From: the human T2T-CHM13v2.0 reference genome, Homo sapiens
Assembly (NCBI RefSeq): GCF_009914755.1
Contig: NC_060942.1
Length of the DNA: 64,000 nucleotides
Reading direction: 5' to 3' (one strand)
Positions 14,074 through 29,819 of the stretch are shown in pieces. Under the pieces are notes generated by a model. The model was not told the origin of the DNA. It did no database searches and was given only the letters and a program-made list of their open reading frames with translations. A program made the position numbers and the translations under genes. Within the stretch, counting starts at the first letter, position 1, and each line of letters opens with the position of its first letter.

Positions 14074-16331
14074 TGTATTATTTTTCATTCTGCTGATAAA
14101 GACATACCCAAGACTGGAAAGAAAAAGAGGTTTAATTGGACTTACAGTTCCACATGTCTAGGGAGGCCTCAGAATCATGGCAGGAGGTAAAAGGCACTTC
14201 CTACATGGCAGCGGCAAGAGAAAAATGAGGAAGAGGCAAAAGCGGAAACCCCTGATAAACCCATCACATCTCATGAGACTTATTCACTATTAGGAGAATA
14301 GCACGGGAAAGACTGGCCCCCATGATTTAATTACCTCCCTCTGGATCCTTCCCACAACATGTGGGAATTATGGGAGTACAATTCAAGTTGAGATTTGGGT
14401 GGGAACACAGCCAAACCGTATCATTTCACCCCTGGCCCCTCCAAATCTTATATTCTCACATTTCAAAACCAATCATGCCTTCCCTACAGTCCCCCAAAGT
14501 CTTAACTCATTTCAGCATTAACCCAAAAGCCCACAGTCCAAAGTCTCATCTGAGACACAGCAAGTCCCTTCTATCTATGAGCCTGTAAAATCAAAAGCAA
14601 GCTAATTACTTCCTAAATACAATGGGGGTACAGGTATTGGGTAAATACAGCTGTTCCAAATGGGAGAAATTGGCCACAACAAAGGGGTTACAGGGCCCAT
14701 GCAAGTCTGAAATACAGCAGGGCTGTCAAATTTTAAAGCTCCAAAATGATCTCCTTTGACTCTAGGTCTCACATGCAGGTCACACTGATGCAAGAGATGG
14801 GTTCCCATGGTCTTGGGCACCTCTGCCCCTGTGGCTTTGCAGGGTACAGCCTTCCTCCCAGCTGCTTTCACAGGCTGGCATTGAGTGTCTGCGACTTTTC
14901 CAGGCGCACTGTGCAAGCTGTCGGTGGAACTACCATTCTGGGGTCTGGAGGAGGATGGCCCTCTTCTCACAGCTCCATTAGGCGGTGCCTCAGTAGGGAT
15001 TCTGTGTGGGGGCTCCAACCCCACATTTCCCTTCCTCACTACCCTAGCAGAGGTTCTTCATGAGTGCCCTGCCCCTGCAGCAAGCTTTTGCCTGGGCATT
15101 GAGGTGTTTCCATACATCTTCTGAAATCTAGGCTGAGGTTCCCAAACCTCATTTCTTGACTTCTGTGCACCCTCAGGCTCAATACCACATGAAAGCTGCC
15201 AAGGCTTGGGGCTTCTACCCTCTGAAGCCACAGCCTGAGCTACACATTGGCCTGTTTCAGCCATGGCCAGAGTGACTGGGAAACAGGGCACAAGTCCCTA
15301 GGCTGCACACAGCACAGGAACCCTGGGCCCAGCCCACAAAACCACTTTTTCCTCCTGGGCCTCCAGGCCTGTGATGGGAGGGGCTGCTGTGAAGGTCTCT
15401 GATGTGACCTGGAGACATTTTCCCCATGGTCTTGGGGATTAACGTTAGGCTCCTTGCTACTACATATGTAGATTTCTGCAGCAGCTTGGATTTCTCCGCA
15501 AAAAATGGGTTTTTCTTTTCTACTGCATCATCAGGCTGCAAATTATCAAACTTTTATGCTCTGTTTCCCTTTTAAAATGGAATGCCTTTAACAGCACCCA
15601 AGTCACCTCTTGAATGCTTTTCTGCCTAGAAATTTCTTCTGCTAGACACCCTAAATCATTTCTCTCAAGTTCAAAGTTCCACAAATCTCTAGGGCAGGGG
15701 CAAAATGCGACCAGTCTCTCTGCTAAAACATAACAAAAGTTACCTTTTCTCCAGTTCCCAACAAGTTCCTCATCTCCATCTGAGACCACCTCAGCCTGGA
15801 TCTTATTGTTCATATGACTATCAGCATTTTTGCCAAAGCCATTCGACAAATCTCTAGGAGGTCCCAAACTTTCCCACATTTTCCTGTCTTCTAAGCCCTC
15901 TAAACTGTCCCAACCTCTGCCTGTTACCCAGTTCTAAAGTCACTTCCACATTTTTGGCTATCTTTTCAGCAACACCCCACTCTAATGGTACCAATTTACT
16001 GTATTAGTTTTTATGCTGCTGATAAAGACATACCTGAGACTGGGAAGAAAAAGAGGTTTAATTGGACTTATAGTTCCACATGGCTTGGGAGGCCTCAGAA
16101 TCATGGTGGGAGGCAAAAGGCACTTCTTACATGGTGGCGGCAAGAGAAAAATGAGGAAGAAGCAAAAGTGGAAACTCCCGATAAACCCATCAGACCCATG
16201 AGACTTATTCACTATAACGAGAATAGCTCAGGAAAGACCCGCCCCCATGATTAAACTACCTCCCCCTGGGTCCCTCCCACAACATGTGGGAATTATGGGA
16301 GTACAATTCAAGTTGAGATTTGGGTGGGGAC
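14074..16331 (-). mobile_element. Near full-length THE1C MaLR element: 3' LTR 14074-14423, internal 14424-15999, 5' LTR 16000-16331
   Basis: Two direct-repeat LTRs (gaaaaagaggtttaattggactta...gaaacccctgataaacccatca); on minus, internal starts gtaaattggtacc and ends in purine tract ggggccaggggtgaaa; track ORFs 14602-15879 are THE1-int relics. Confidence 0.92.
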
Positions 16332-16900
16332 CTTCTGTTTGGCATCTTGCTTCTTTCACATAGTGTCATGTTTTTGAGGTTCATTCGTGTTGTAGTATGT
16401 TTTAGTAGATTCTTGCTTTTTATTGCTAAATAGCATTTTATATAGTGTTACGCCACATTTGATTTATACCTTCACCAGTTAATGAATACTTGGATTCCAA
16501 TTTAGGGGTATATAAATCTAATCTTCTAAACAACAGAAAACAAAGTATACTATTTTCCTTTTAATATACAGTTGTACTTTAACACATGTACAGATTCATG
16601 TTATTCTTACAACAAACAAGATACAAGACAGTTCCATCACCACAAAAACTCCCTTTGGATGTCCCTTTCTATTCTTTCTATATCTGCTCCTAACTCTTAA
16701 CCCTGCCAGCTTCTCATCTATTCTCCAACACTATAGTTTTGTCTTTTCAAGAAGGTCATACACATGGAATTATATAATATAAAAGCTTTTGAAACTGGCC
16801 TTTTAATTCAGCATAATGCTCTTGAAATTCATTCAAGTTGTTGTGGGTATCAATTGTGAGCTCCTATGTTATTGCTGACCAATATGCCATTTTATAAGGA

Positions 16901-17737
16901 TATAGGAAAAACCAAAGTGTTTTTCCAACTCTATACTCACACAATTTAGCACAATAAATACTCCTGACACTGATGTGTTGAAATTTCTTCCTACACTCTG
17001 AGCAATTCATCAGCAAGCACCAGCTGATTGTCCTTCAATTCAATGCTGACATTCTCTACCTGGAGATAGTGTCGATCCCACAGGTTGAGGGCTCAGTTCC
17101 ACAAGACTACCTCCCACTTCAAATACCAGTTGCAAGTAGTAGATTATCACTTAGAGTTGTAACGCACCAGCTTTAAATCTGGGTTCCCATGATCCCCTCC
17201 TTGCTTCAATTAGTTTGCTATAGCAGCTCACAGAACCTAGGGAAACACTTATGTTGGCCCAGTTATTATACAGGGTGTTATAAATGATATAGATAAACGG
17301 CTAGATGGAAGAGATACTTAGGGTATGGGAGAAAGGGTATGGAGCTTCCATGCTTTCTCCAAGCACACCATCCCCTGGCCCATCTCCATGTTCAGCTATC
17401 CAGAAGCTCCATGAACCCAGTACTTTTGGGATTTTATAGAGGCTCCATTATGTAGGCATGATTGATTCAATCAGTGGCTATTGGTAATCAACCCAATCTT
17501 CAGCCCATCTCCCTTCCCCAGAAGTTGGGCAATAAAAATCTAAGTGCCAATGCGCTAATCATATTGTGGTCTTTCTGGCAACCAGCCCCATCCTGAAGCA
17601 AAGAAGGGGCCTCCAATCATCAGTCATCTTATTTAGCATACGGAAGATACTCATCACTTTAGCGATTCCAAGAATTTTAGGAGCTGTATGCCAGGAAATG
17701 GGAAGAAAGAACAAATATATATTTCACAGTATCATAC
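16901..17737. mobile_element. MER21-type LTR
   Basis: ctacctggagatagtgtcgatcccacaggttgagggctcagttccacaagact...gcagctcacagaacctagggaaacac. Confidence 0.8.
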
Positions 17738-18635
17738 ATTATATGACTATAGAACAATTTGTTGGCCCATTTTTCCAAGGAAGGACATTGAGGTTAATTC
17801 CAGTTATGGGAAATTATTAACAGAGCTGGTATAAACATTTGTGTGAACATCAGTTCACTTTTCTCAAGTAAAAACCCAAGAATAGGATAAAGTAGTGTAT
17901 ATTTAACTATAAAAATCTTCCAAAGTATTTTTCAAAGTTGATACACCATTTTTCATTTTCACCAGTAAGGTATGAGAGTTTTAATTGCTCTGTACCTTTA
18001 CCAACACTTGGTATTGTCAGGATTGTTTATTTTAGCTACTATAATAAACTAAATTACTCAGTTGAGTTTAAACTAAGCTACTAAACTTAGCTACTTAAGT
18101 GTGTAATTGTATCCCATCATAGTTTTAATTTGCATGTCTGTAGTGGCTAATGATGTTGAACACCTTTTCATGTCCTTATTTCTCAAACTCATACCCTCTT
18201 TTCAAGTTCTTTCTCCATTTTTAACTTTGTTGTCTTTTTAATTTTTCTTGCTTTCTTGTTGAGTTTGGCAGTTCTTTTTATATTCTGCATACAAGCTTTT
18301 TGTTAAATATGTGATTTGCAAATATTATCTCCCAGTTTGGAACTTGTTTTTCATTCTCTTACAGACCTTGTAAAACTTACTTACCAGTCCTAATACTATT
18401 TTTCTATGAAGACTCCTTGAGATTTTCTATGAAGACCATTATGCCATCTGTAAATAGAGATAGTATTACTTCTCCCTTTGCAACCCTCTGTATGATATTC
18501 ATTTTTTCTTCTTGTCTTATTTCATTGGTCAGGATTTTCATTATTATGTTGACTAGTAGTGGTATGAACATTCTTGCCTTGTCCCAATTTTAGAAAGAAC
18601 ACATTTAGACTTTCACCATTAAAAATAAGGAGATT

Positions 18636-19200
<565 letters not shown>

Positions 19201-19284
19201 AGAATCTGTAAAGATAATAAGAAAATAATCTAGGTTTTTTTTTTTTTTTCAGATATTCTCTGTTGGGTGGAGGAAATACCATTC

Positions 19285-19638
19285 TGACTTAGTCTATTTG
19301 TGCTGCTACAACAGAATACCTGAGACTGGGTAATTTATAAAGAAAAGAAATTTATTTCTCACAGTTTTGGAGGTGGGGAAGTCCAAGATAAAGATGCCAG
19401 CATCTGGTGAGGGTCTTTTTGCTGTGTCCTCACATAGCAGAAGGCGGAAGCGCTGAATGTTGCACGAAACCTCTTTTATAAGAGTCTTAGTACCATGAAT
19501 AAGGGAGGAGCACTCATGGTGTAATCATCTCTTAAAGACCTCACTTCTTAAAGTATCACATTGGCCACAATTGGATTTTGGAAGGGACTAATACTGAGCA
19601 TGAATTTTGGAGGCAACAAAAATAATCAAACTATAGCA
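19285..19638 (-). mobile_element. MSTD/MLT1A-type MaLR solo LTR
   Basis: ttagtctatttgtgctgctacaacagaatacctgagactgggtaatttataaag...aaactatagca; imperfect 5-bp TSD cattc/ccttc. Confidence 0.85.
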
Positions 19639-22600
19639 CCTTCCATTTGTTTTTTCTTGAGAGTTGTTATCATGAGTGGGTGCTGAATTTTGTCTAATAG
19701 TTTTTGTGTATTATTTGATATGATAACGTGGTGTTTCTTCTTTAGACTGCTAATATAATACATTGCATTGATTCATTTTTTAATATTGAACCAGCCTTGC
19801 ATTCCTGGAATAATCGTCATTTGTCCATAGTGTATTGTTATTTCTATATATTTCTGTTATTAAATTTACAAGTGTTTTTGAGGATTTTTGCATCAATGTT
19901 CATGAGGAATATTTCTTTATTTGTACTATCTTTGTCTGATTTGGTACCAGGGTAATGTTAACCTTGTAAAATGCATTGAGAAGTGTTTCCTCCCCTAGCA
20001 TTTTCTGGAAGAGACGTCTTTTTTTTTTTTTTGTATAATTTGCCTGTGAAACCATCTAGGACATAAGACTTCTTTTTCAGAAAGTTTTCAACTGTGGCTT
20101 TAATTTTCTTAAGTGTCAAAGGACTATTCAGTTTATTTAGGTTATCTTTCATCTACAAGGAGTTTTGGTAGCTTATGGTTTCAAGAAATGAATCCAGTTC
20201 ATCTAAGTTGTTAAATTTATGTATGTAGATTTGTTTATATTACACTTTTATTGTCCTTTTAATGTTGTAGGATATATGGTGATATGCCTTCTTTAATACT
20301 GATATTGGTAATTTGTATCTTCTCTCTCTCTCTTCTGATTTATTAGAGGTTTGTCAATTTTTCCCCTAAAGAAAAGATTATATACAGATTTTTAATTCAT
20401 TTTTTTCCATGTTACTTTTAAGCATTATGTTTCATTTTTGTATGACTAACACATGTAACTTATACCACCCATATCTTAATTTTATGACAGTAAAGGATGC
20501 ACATAATGTTATAAAAGAAAGCATTGCACCTAAGGTTAAGAATCACTAATAGAAATCATGTTGCACTATGGAAGGCAGCCACTTAGAGAATCACATGGAC
20601 TACCACAACTACTGGCCTTTCCTGAGAGCAAGCATCTGAAGTAGGCTTGGGCCAAGGTCTTTAAGAAAGACCCACAAGGGTGATGTGTGACTCAGCATGA
20701 TCTGCCATTTATTGATCTTTTCAAAGAACCAACTTTTGGTTTCATCGATTAGCTCTATTTTTTTTCTGTGTTCAATTTCTTTACTATTTATTCATTATCT
20801 ATTCTAATAGATAACTGTTTCTTCCTTTTTCTGCTTGACTTGGATTTATTTTGCTCTTCCTTTTCTACTTTCTTAAGGTGTAAACCTAAATTATATATTT
20901 TAGTTCATTTTCTTCTCTAATCTAAACATATAATGCTACACATTTCTTTCTAAACACAGCTTAAGCTATATTCCACAAATTTGCATATGTTGTATTTTTA
21001 TTTTCATTCAGTTCAAGATAGTTTCAAATTTTTTTTGAGACTTTCATTTGCCTGTGGATTATTTAGCCGTATATTGTTTACTTTATACATTTTAGAGATT
21101 TTCCTCTTATTCTTCTGTTATTTATTTTTAATTTTATTTTAGTATGATCAGAGAACATGCTTTGCATGATTTGAATTTTTCTAAAAATGTAAAGATTTAA
21201 TTTATGACCCAGCTTATGGTTCACCTTGGTGAATATTCTATGTAAAATTGAAAAGTTTATTTTTCTGCTATTAAGTGGAGTGTTCTATTATTTTTTTCTA
21301 ACCTCTTTCAGTATCTTTTTCTTTGTGTTTAACTTTTAGAAATTTGATTATGGTGCATCTGGGAATTATTATTTGAGTTTTATTCTTTTTGGGGGCTAAT
21401 TCAGCTTCTTCAATTTGTAGGCATATGCCTTTCACCAAATTTAAGAACTTTTTGGCAAATGTTTCTTCAAATATTTTCCTTTAGCACCTCATTCATTCTC
21501 CTTTTTCTACAATGCTGATGACACATGTGTTAGACTTTTTGTTGGTCCCTGAAACTCTTATTTTTTTCTGTTTTCCAATTAGATAATTTCTATTCATTTA
21601 CCTTTAGGTTCACCATCTTTCCTCTGTCACTTTCATTTAAGTCCAGTCAGTGAGTTTTTCTTTCTAGTTATTGTGTTTTTAATTTCTAAAATTTGTATTT
21701 GATTCTTCCTTGTATCTGCTATTTTGTTGTGAAAAGTTTCTCTTTTAAGTTTTGTTTCGAAGATCTGTCAGATAATTAAAACATCATGTCATCTCATCAT
21801 CGGAATCACTTGTCTTTTCCCATACAAGTTGCAATTTCATAATTCTTGCTATGCCAAGTACTTCCAGATTGTAGCCAAGGATAGCCTGAATATTATGTTC
21901 TGAGACTACGGGTCTCATTTAAATCCCATGGAGGATGTTGATGTTTTGTTTTAAGAGGCACTACCTGATTCAGTTCAACAGGCAAGTTTCCACCAGCCTT
22001 CTGTGGGCTATGGTTCCATTATCAGTTCAGTTTTCAAAACCTTTGCAGTGTTATCTAGATCCATGCCACCCAAGTCGCTTTGTCCTGGTTGGAGGTTTAT
22101 CTCTTAGATTCATTCTCAAAGTCTTTGGATGCCAATTAGTATCAAAAACATTCATTCCTATATTGGAGTGAGTTCAAAAGTTTACAAGTGGAGTTGTTTT
22201 CTCTAACTTCTTCACCTCTGCTATATATCCAGTACTCTTTGATTTCCTGAAGCTCTTCTATTTAGTTCTCTGACTAGAAATCTGACGTTTCCACTATTTC
22301 ACTATAGCAATTGAAGACAGAAAGAGAAAGAAAAAAGCAATAGAGTTTGGCCTCATCATCTTGGAACTGCAGCTTTACTGTTAGAAGTTTTTCCTCTTTC
22401 AGAGTTTGGGCTCTCATAATCTCCTCTTGCTGGTTTATTTTTGCTGTGGCTACTACTGTAGAATGGTTGGAATCTGAACTGCGAAAGACTGGAGAAAAAG
22501 GAGATGAAAAACTAGTGGGATTTCTGACACTTTCTCTGCTTTAAGAACTCCATTGTCTGTTCCTCAATTTATAACTAGAAAGTTTGCCAGGCTATCCCTC

Positions 22601-22639
22601 TGAAGCACAGTGCCGACCTCCAGGTTTTCATTCTAAAAG

Positions 22640-23750
<1,111 letters not shown>

Positions 23751-24403
23751 AAAACAAAACAAAAAATCAACAGTAAAAGTCAATATAATACTAAAGTTCA
23801 TATGGAAAAACATATATGCAAGAGTAGTTGGAAAAACACAAGAAATAAAAACTATGAGGAAGATTAGCTCTACTGGACATTGTAACATATTATAAAGATA
23901 CTAATTAAATCAGTGCGGTACTGGAGTGTGGCTAGATAAATAAACCAGTGGAATAAAATATAAAGCCCTGATATTGACTCACGTACATATAAAAATATGT
24001 ATATTCAATGTATGATAAAGGTGGTATCTCAAATCACTGGGACAAAGATTGACTTTATAATAAATGATGCTGAGACAACCATTTAGCCACTTGGAAAAAG
24101 GTGAAGGTAGATCTATATTTCACACCATACACAAAGGAAACTCAGTGGTTTAGGGATCTGCATGTAAAATAAACCCTTTAAATACTAGTAGGAAACATGG
24201 GTAAGCTAGTAACCTACTCTAATTTCAGTGTAGATAAAGGCTTTTTAACTATGACTCCAAATCTAGAGGCAATGAAAATGATAAATTTGGCCATAAAAAT
24301 TATAATTTTGTATGACAGAAAATACCAGAAATGAAGTCAACAAACAAGTGATAACTGGCAGAAAATATTTGCAACATATATACAGAGGGCTAAATCCCTA
24401 ATA

Positions 24404-25664
24404 CAGTCATGTGCCACATAATGACATGTCAGTCAACAATGGTGGTCCCATATGATTATAGGAGCTAAAAAATTTCTATTTCCTAGTGACACGGTGGCCA
24501 TCATAACCTTGTAGCACAATGCATTACTTTTTGTTTGTGACGATGCTAGTGTAAGCAGTATGTGTGCATTACTTTTTTGTTTATGGTGATGCTAATGTTT
24601 GTGCATTATTGTTTTGTTTGTGGTGATGCTACTGAAAGCAAACACACTGTGCTGTTAGCTATATAAAAGTATAGCACATACAATTATGTGCAGTATATAA
24701 TACTAGATAATGATAAATAATTATGTTACTGGTTTATGTATTTATTATAATTTACTATTATTTTAGAGTGTATACCATCTACTTATAAAAAAAAAAGTTA
24801 AACTGTGAAACAGGCTCAGGCAGATCCTTCAGGAGGTATTACAGAAGAAGGCACTGTTATCATAGGAGACGACAGCTCCATATGTGTTCTTGCCCCTGAA
24901 GACCTTCCAGTGGGACAAGATGTAGAGATGAAAAACAGTGATATTAATGATCCTGACCCTGGGTAGGCCTAGGCTAATGTGTGTTTGTGTCTTATTTTTT
25001 AACCAAAAGGTTTAAAAAGTTCAAAAAAATGCAATAGAAAAAAGATTGTAGAATACGGATATAAAAAATATTTTTGTATAGCTGTACAATGTGCTTGTGT
25101 TTTAAGCTAAATGTTATTTCAAAAGAGTCAAAAAAATTAAAAAATTAAGTTTGTAAATTTTAAAAGTTACAGTAAGCTAAGGTTAATTTATTATTAAAAA
25201 ATATTTTATATAAATTTAGTGTAGTCTAAGTGTACAGTGTTTATAAATCTATAGTAGTCTACAGTAACGTCATAGACCTTCACATTCACTCACTGCTAAC
25301 TCACTGACTCAACCAGAGCAACTTCCAGTCCTGCAAGCTTTATTCATGATAAGTGAATATACGGATGTACCATTTTTTATCTTTTACACCATATTTTTAA
25401 GGTACCTTTTCTATGTTTAGGTATGTTTAGATAAACTCATATTTACCATTGAGTTACAATTGCCTACAGTATTCATAACTGTAACATGCTATACAGGTTT
25501 GCAGCCTAGGAACAATAGGTTATACTATGTACCCTAGGTTTGTAGTAGGCTATATGTATCATCTAGGTTTGTGTAAGTACACACTATGATATTCACATAA
25601 TGACAAAATCTCCTAAAGATGCATTACTTAGAATGTATTCCTGTTGTTAAATGATGCGTGACTG
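24404..25664. mobile_element. Tigger3b-like DNA transposon, both TIRs and TA TSDs intact
   Basis: TA|cagtcatgtgccacataatgac ... gttaaatgatgcgtgactg|TA; ~1.26 kb. Confidence 0.88.
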
Positions 25665-26936
25665 TAATTTAAGAACTCTTACAAATTGAGGGACAAAGGA
25701 TCAAAATCCTGATAGAAAACTCTGAAAAGGACATAAATAAACAATTCACACACAAAACAATATTAAAAAGCCCTGAAACATATGGAAAAATGTTAATTTG
25801 ATCATAATGATATGCAAATTAGACAACACTGAGCTACCATATTTCACTTAACAAATTGGCAAAAATTAAAAGTATGGCAACACATTCTGTTGACTAGCTG
25901 TGGGTAAACAAGCACTCTCATATATTGCTGATGGAAATGCAAACTGCTACAATCCTTCTGGTGGGAAATTTGGCAACCTACGTATACATTTACCTTTCAA
26001 CCAGCAATCACTTTCTAGCTGAATCTACCCTGAAGATACACCTCTAACACTACAAAAATACATATGCACAAGGTTATTGATTGCAGCATTGTTTATAATT
26101 GCAACATATTAGAAACAATCTAAATGTACACGCTTAAGTGTATGGTTGAATAAACTACAGTACATCCACTCAATGGAATAATATACAGTGGTAAAAGGGA
26201 TGCAAATGATCACTGAGTATTGCTATTAAGTGATTTCCAGATTATACTGCTAAGTGTAAACAGCAAAGTACAAAACAAACAAACAAACATGTCTATACTA
26301 TCCTTCAACTGTAAAAACAGAGGATATAAGAAAAGATATATGAATCCGCTTTTGTGCGTAAAAGAAAATTACCTACGGGGGACGAATGAGAAAGATGTTC
26401 AAAGAAGTGGAAGTGGAGCTGGACTAGCATGAGAAAGATGTAACACTTCTCTAAGTCCCCTATTTATGTAGCCCTGACTCTAAGCTTCAAAGTCATGTTT
26501 CAAATGCCCCAATAACAAACAGATAATTAAAATCATACAGCATTTGGGAAACCCAAGAGGAATACAAACAGTAACCAATGCACCCAACCGTACTACAAAT
26601 AAACAACTTTACCTCACTGAAGGGAGCAGAGAAGACAATTAATCTAAGTAACTTATAAAAGCTGTATTTTGACGGTATACTGTCACACTAATGACAAATG
26701 GAATTGTACACAAATACTTTACTTTTGTTGACAGATTCGCTTCTCAGGTATGGACTGACAATTCATAATTTATGTTTATACTAGGATTAAACAAATAGGT
26801 AAATATATTATAAATAACGAGAGTCGGGTTTTTCATTTTTAGAGAAATTAGCCACTAATAAGGAAATGAGGGAAGACTAGAATGAGCCCTGTGGTGTTGG
26901 ACTGGAATCAGAAGTATCAGTATGAGCTAATGGTTT

Positions 26937-26974
26937 TGTGTGTGTGTGTGTGTGTGAGAGAGAGTGTGTGTGTG
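26937..26974. repeat. Compound (TG)n(AG)n(TG)n microsatellite
   Basis: Direct reading. Confidence 0.85.
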
Positions 26975-28056
26975 CACATGTTTTTTGGGTCTATTGCCTA
27001 GAAGTAATACCAATCCCAAGCAATGAACACACCTAGTATCTGGATTTTAGTTTCCAAAATCCAAATATCATTCCTCAGTAGAATGAACCAAAACTCCTTG
27101 GATAAATGATTGATTCCACAACTGAGCAAGAAATGTACAAGATAACAACCTGGACCATCCTGCTGTGCCAGAAGGTAAGAAGTTGCTGAAAGGGAGTTGG
27201 GAGCTTGTTAAAAGAACACAGAAGCCATCCTGAAGAAACTCTTAATAACCAAAACTGGAACAATTTGAAGAAAACAATGAACAATGCATTGGAATATATA
27301 GAATAAAATAAATATTCAGAGTGAATACTAATATAAATAATTAAATACATGTATAGAAGGAGAAGAAAGGATTTACAGAAGAATTCTAATTAGTAAATGT
27401 AGAAGAACAAAGGGAATGGAAAGAGTATCATTTGTCAAACACCACATTGAATAGGTGTTATTGCATGCAAGATTAACCAATGGATGCAAAAATTAGTGGG
27501 TAAAAGTTTGAGGAAAACAAGATATTCTCATAGTCTCAAAATGCCTTCCCAAAGAGATTTACTAATTACAAAGGAAAAATAGTAACTTTATGTTAATACT
27601 AGAGAACCTGACAGATACCACCTTAACCAAGTAAGTAGACATACTGGCATCATAACCCCTGTGATATAATGAACAAAATTACTTCTGTGGCATTCTTACC
27701 AAAGTAATCTCAATCTCATGATAAGTAAATATTTAAACATCAAAATGAAGAGATATCCTACCGAATAACTGACCAGTACTCTTCAAAAGAAATTCATGCC
27801 TCTGAATTGGAATCAGGAACAGAATTAAAAAGTGCACCACTTAAAAAAATGATGAAATTCGGAAAGGTCTGTAGTTCAGTTTAGTAGAATTTCTCTAATG
27901 CTATTTTCCTGGTTTTGGTAACTGAACTATACAAGACGGTAACTTTAGGGGAAGCTAGGTTAAGATCCTACTATAAACAGGAGCTCTTTGTATTATTTTT
28001 GTAACATCACTGTAAGTCTAAAATCATTTCTAAATAAAAAACTTTAAAAAAAAATA

Positions 28057-28406
<350 letters not shown>

Positions 28407-29134
28407 TCAGTAACACTATTAGATACCATGAAGGAATAATAAGCATAAAATATAGGCTAGTGGTGACATTTGAGAGTGACAGCATGGGAACTGGATTAGG
28501 GAGGGGCACACAGGAAGCTTCAAAGGTAATTTTAATATAACTGTTTTTAGAATGGCTGTGAATACATGAATGTTCATTGTTAACATGATTATTTTATATC
28601 TTCCATATATTTGATAATTTTTGAATCAATGGAATAGATTTAATAAATACAAATATGTGAGATTCTGACATAAAGAGTTTACATTAGAAATAGGCTCATT
28701 TGTAGCCATTTGAAATTGCATTGCATTAAATCAGAATACTCCTAAAAAGACCTTTCCATGTTACAATTTAAAGTGTTAGGTTTACTTATTCCTCCCTTTG
28801 GGGATTCCTAATGTGAGTTGGCTTGCATTTGAGCATAGTAAAACCTTGGCAATAATGCAGTTTAATCCTGAGTGTGGTATCAATGGAGAAAGGGGAGCAG
28901 TTGGATTTTTTTTTTTTTCTGCCTGTGGATACAATCTTAAGAAGAACAAATGGGAAAGAGTACTTCTTGGCACATATTGAGAAAAAAAAAAAACCTGCAG
29001 TGAGTCTCAAGATACCCAATTAAGATAAAATTAAATCATGCAAATATTGATCCAGTTAAATTTGCCATGGGTAAGCCTTATTATCAATCAAAATTTTTAT
29101 ATCAAATAGCAAAGAACTATAGAAAAGCCAAAAT

Positions 29135-29241
29135 TATATATATATATAAAGAAATGAATGATATATATATATATATGTATATATATATCAGGGTATATAT
29201 ATATGTATATATATATCAGGGTATATATATATATATCAGGG
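29135..29241. repeat. (TA)n-derived compound repeat with ~3 copies of a unit ending tatatatcaggg
   Basis: tatatatatatgtatatatatatcaggg repeated. Confidence 0.85.
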
Positions 29242-29819
29242 GAACAGTAATAATAAAGAAAAACATATTTTATTTCACTTTTATTACTTGTGTTGGTAAT
29301 TGACTCATAGTTTTGCTTTTGACTAATTATGCTTAAAATTTCAGACTCCTTCCCAGATGATTAGCATTCGTAGATAATGCGATACTCTCAAAAAACTAAC
29401 ATATTGCTTAAATAAGATGCACACAATTTTAGTCAACGTGCATATAACTAAATGCACAAAATGGACCACAGAATATCCACGAGCAACACAATGGCTCATG
29501 GCTCTGGATGTCCCTAGAAAATGACTACACATGAGTTCATGGATCAAAGTAATTGATGACAGTTTTATCACTGAAGTTATTCCTTGAGGAATTTAATACT
29601 GATTGATGTAGGCAAACATGTTTAATTCCACAAGTATGTTTGAATGAATGCAAGTCTGAATTTTCTTTGTAAGTTTTTTTCTTCAATAATATGGTTTCCA
29701 AAAGCAAAGTCTCCATTGAAAAGTTTGCATTAAAGCAAACTCACAAAAAAACTCTTCCACAAGAAAAGTACAATTAGCCATGAATTTGCTTTATATTGTT
29801 TTCATTATTTAGGACATTA

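Noticed and set aside
14361-16254. Cluster of the longest ORFs (up to 145 aa)
   Set aside because: Decayed THE1 internal and LTR sequence, open in several overlapping frames
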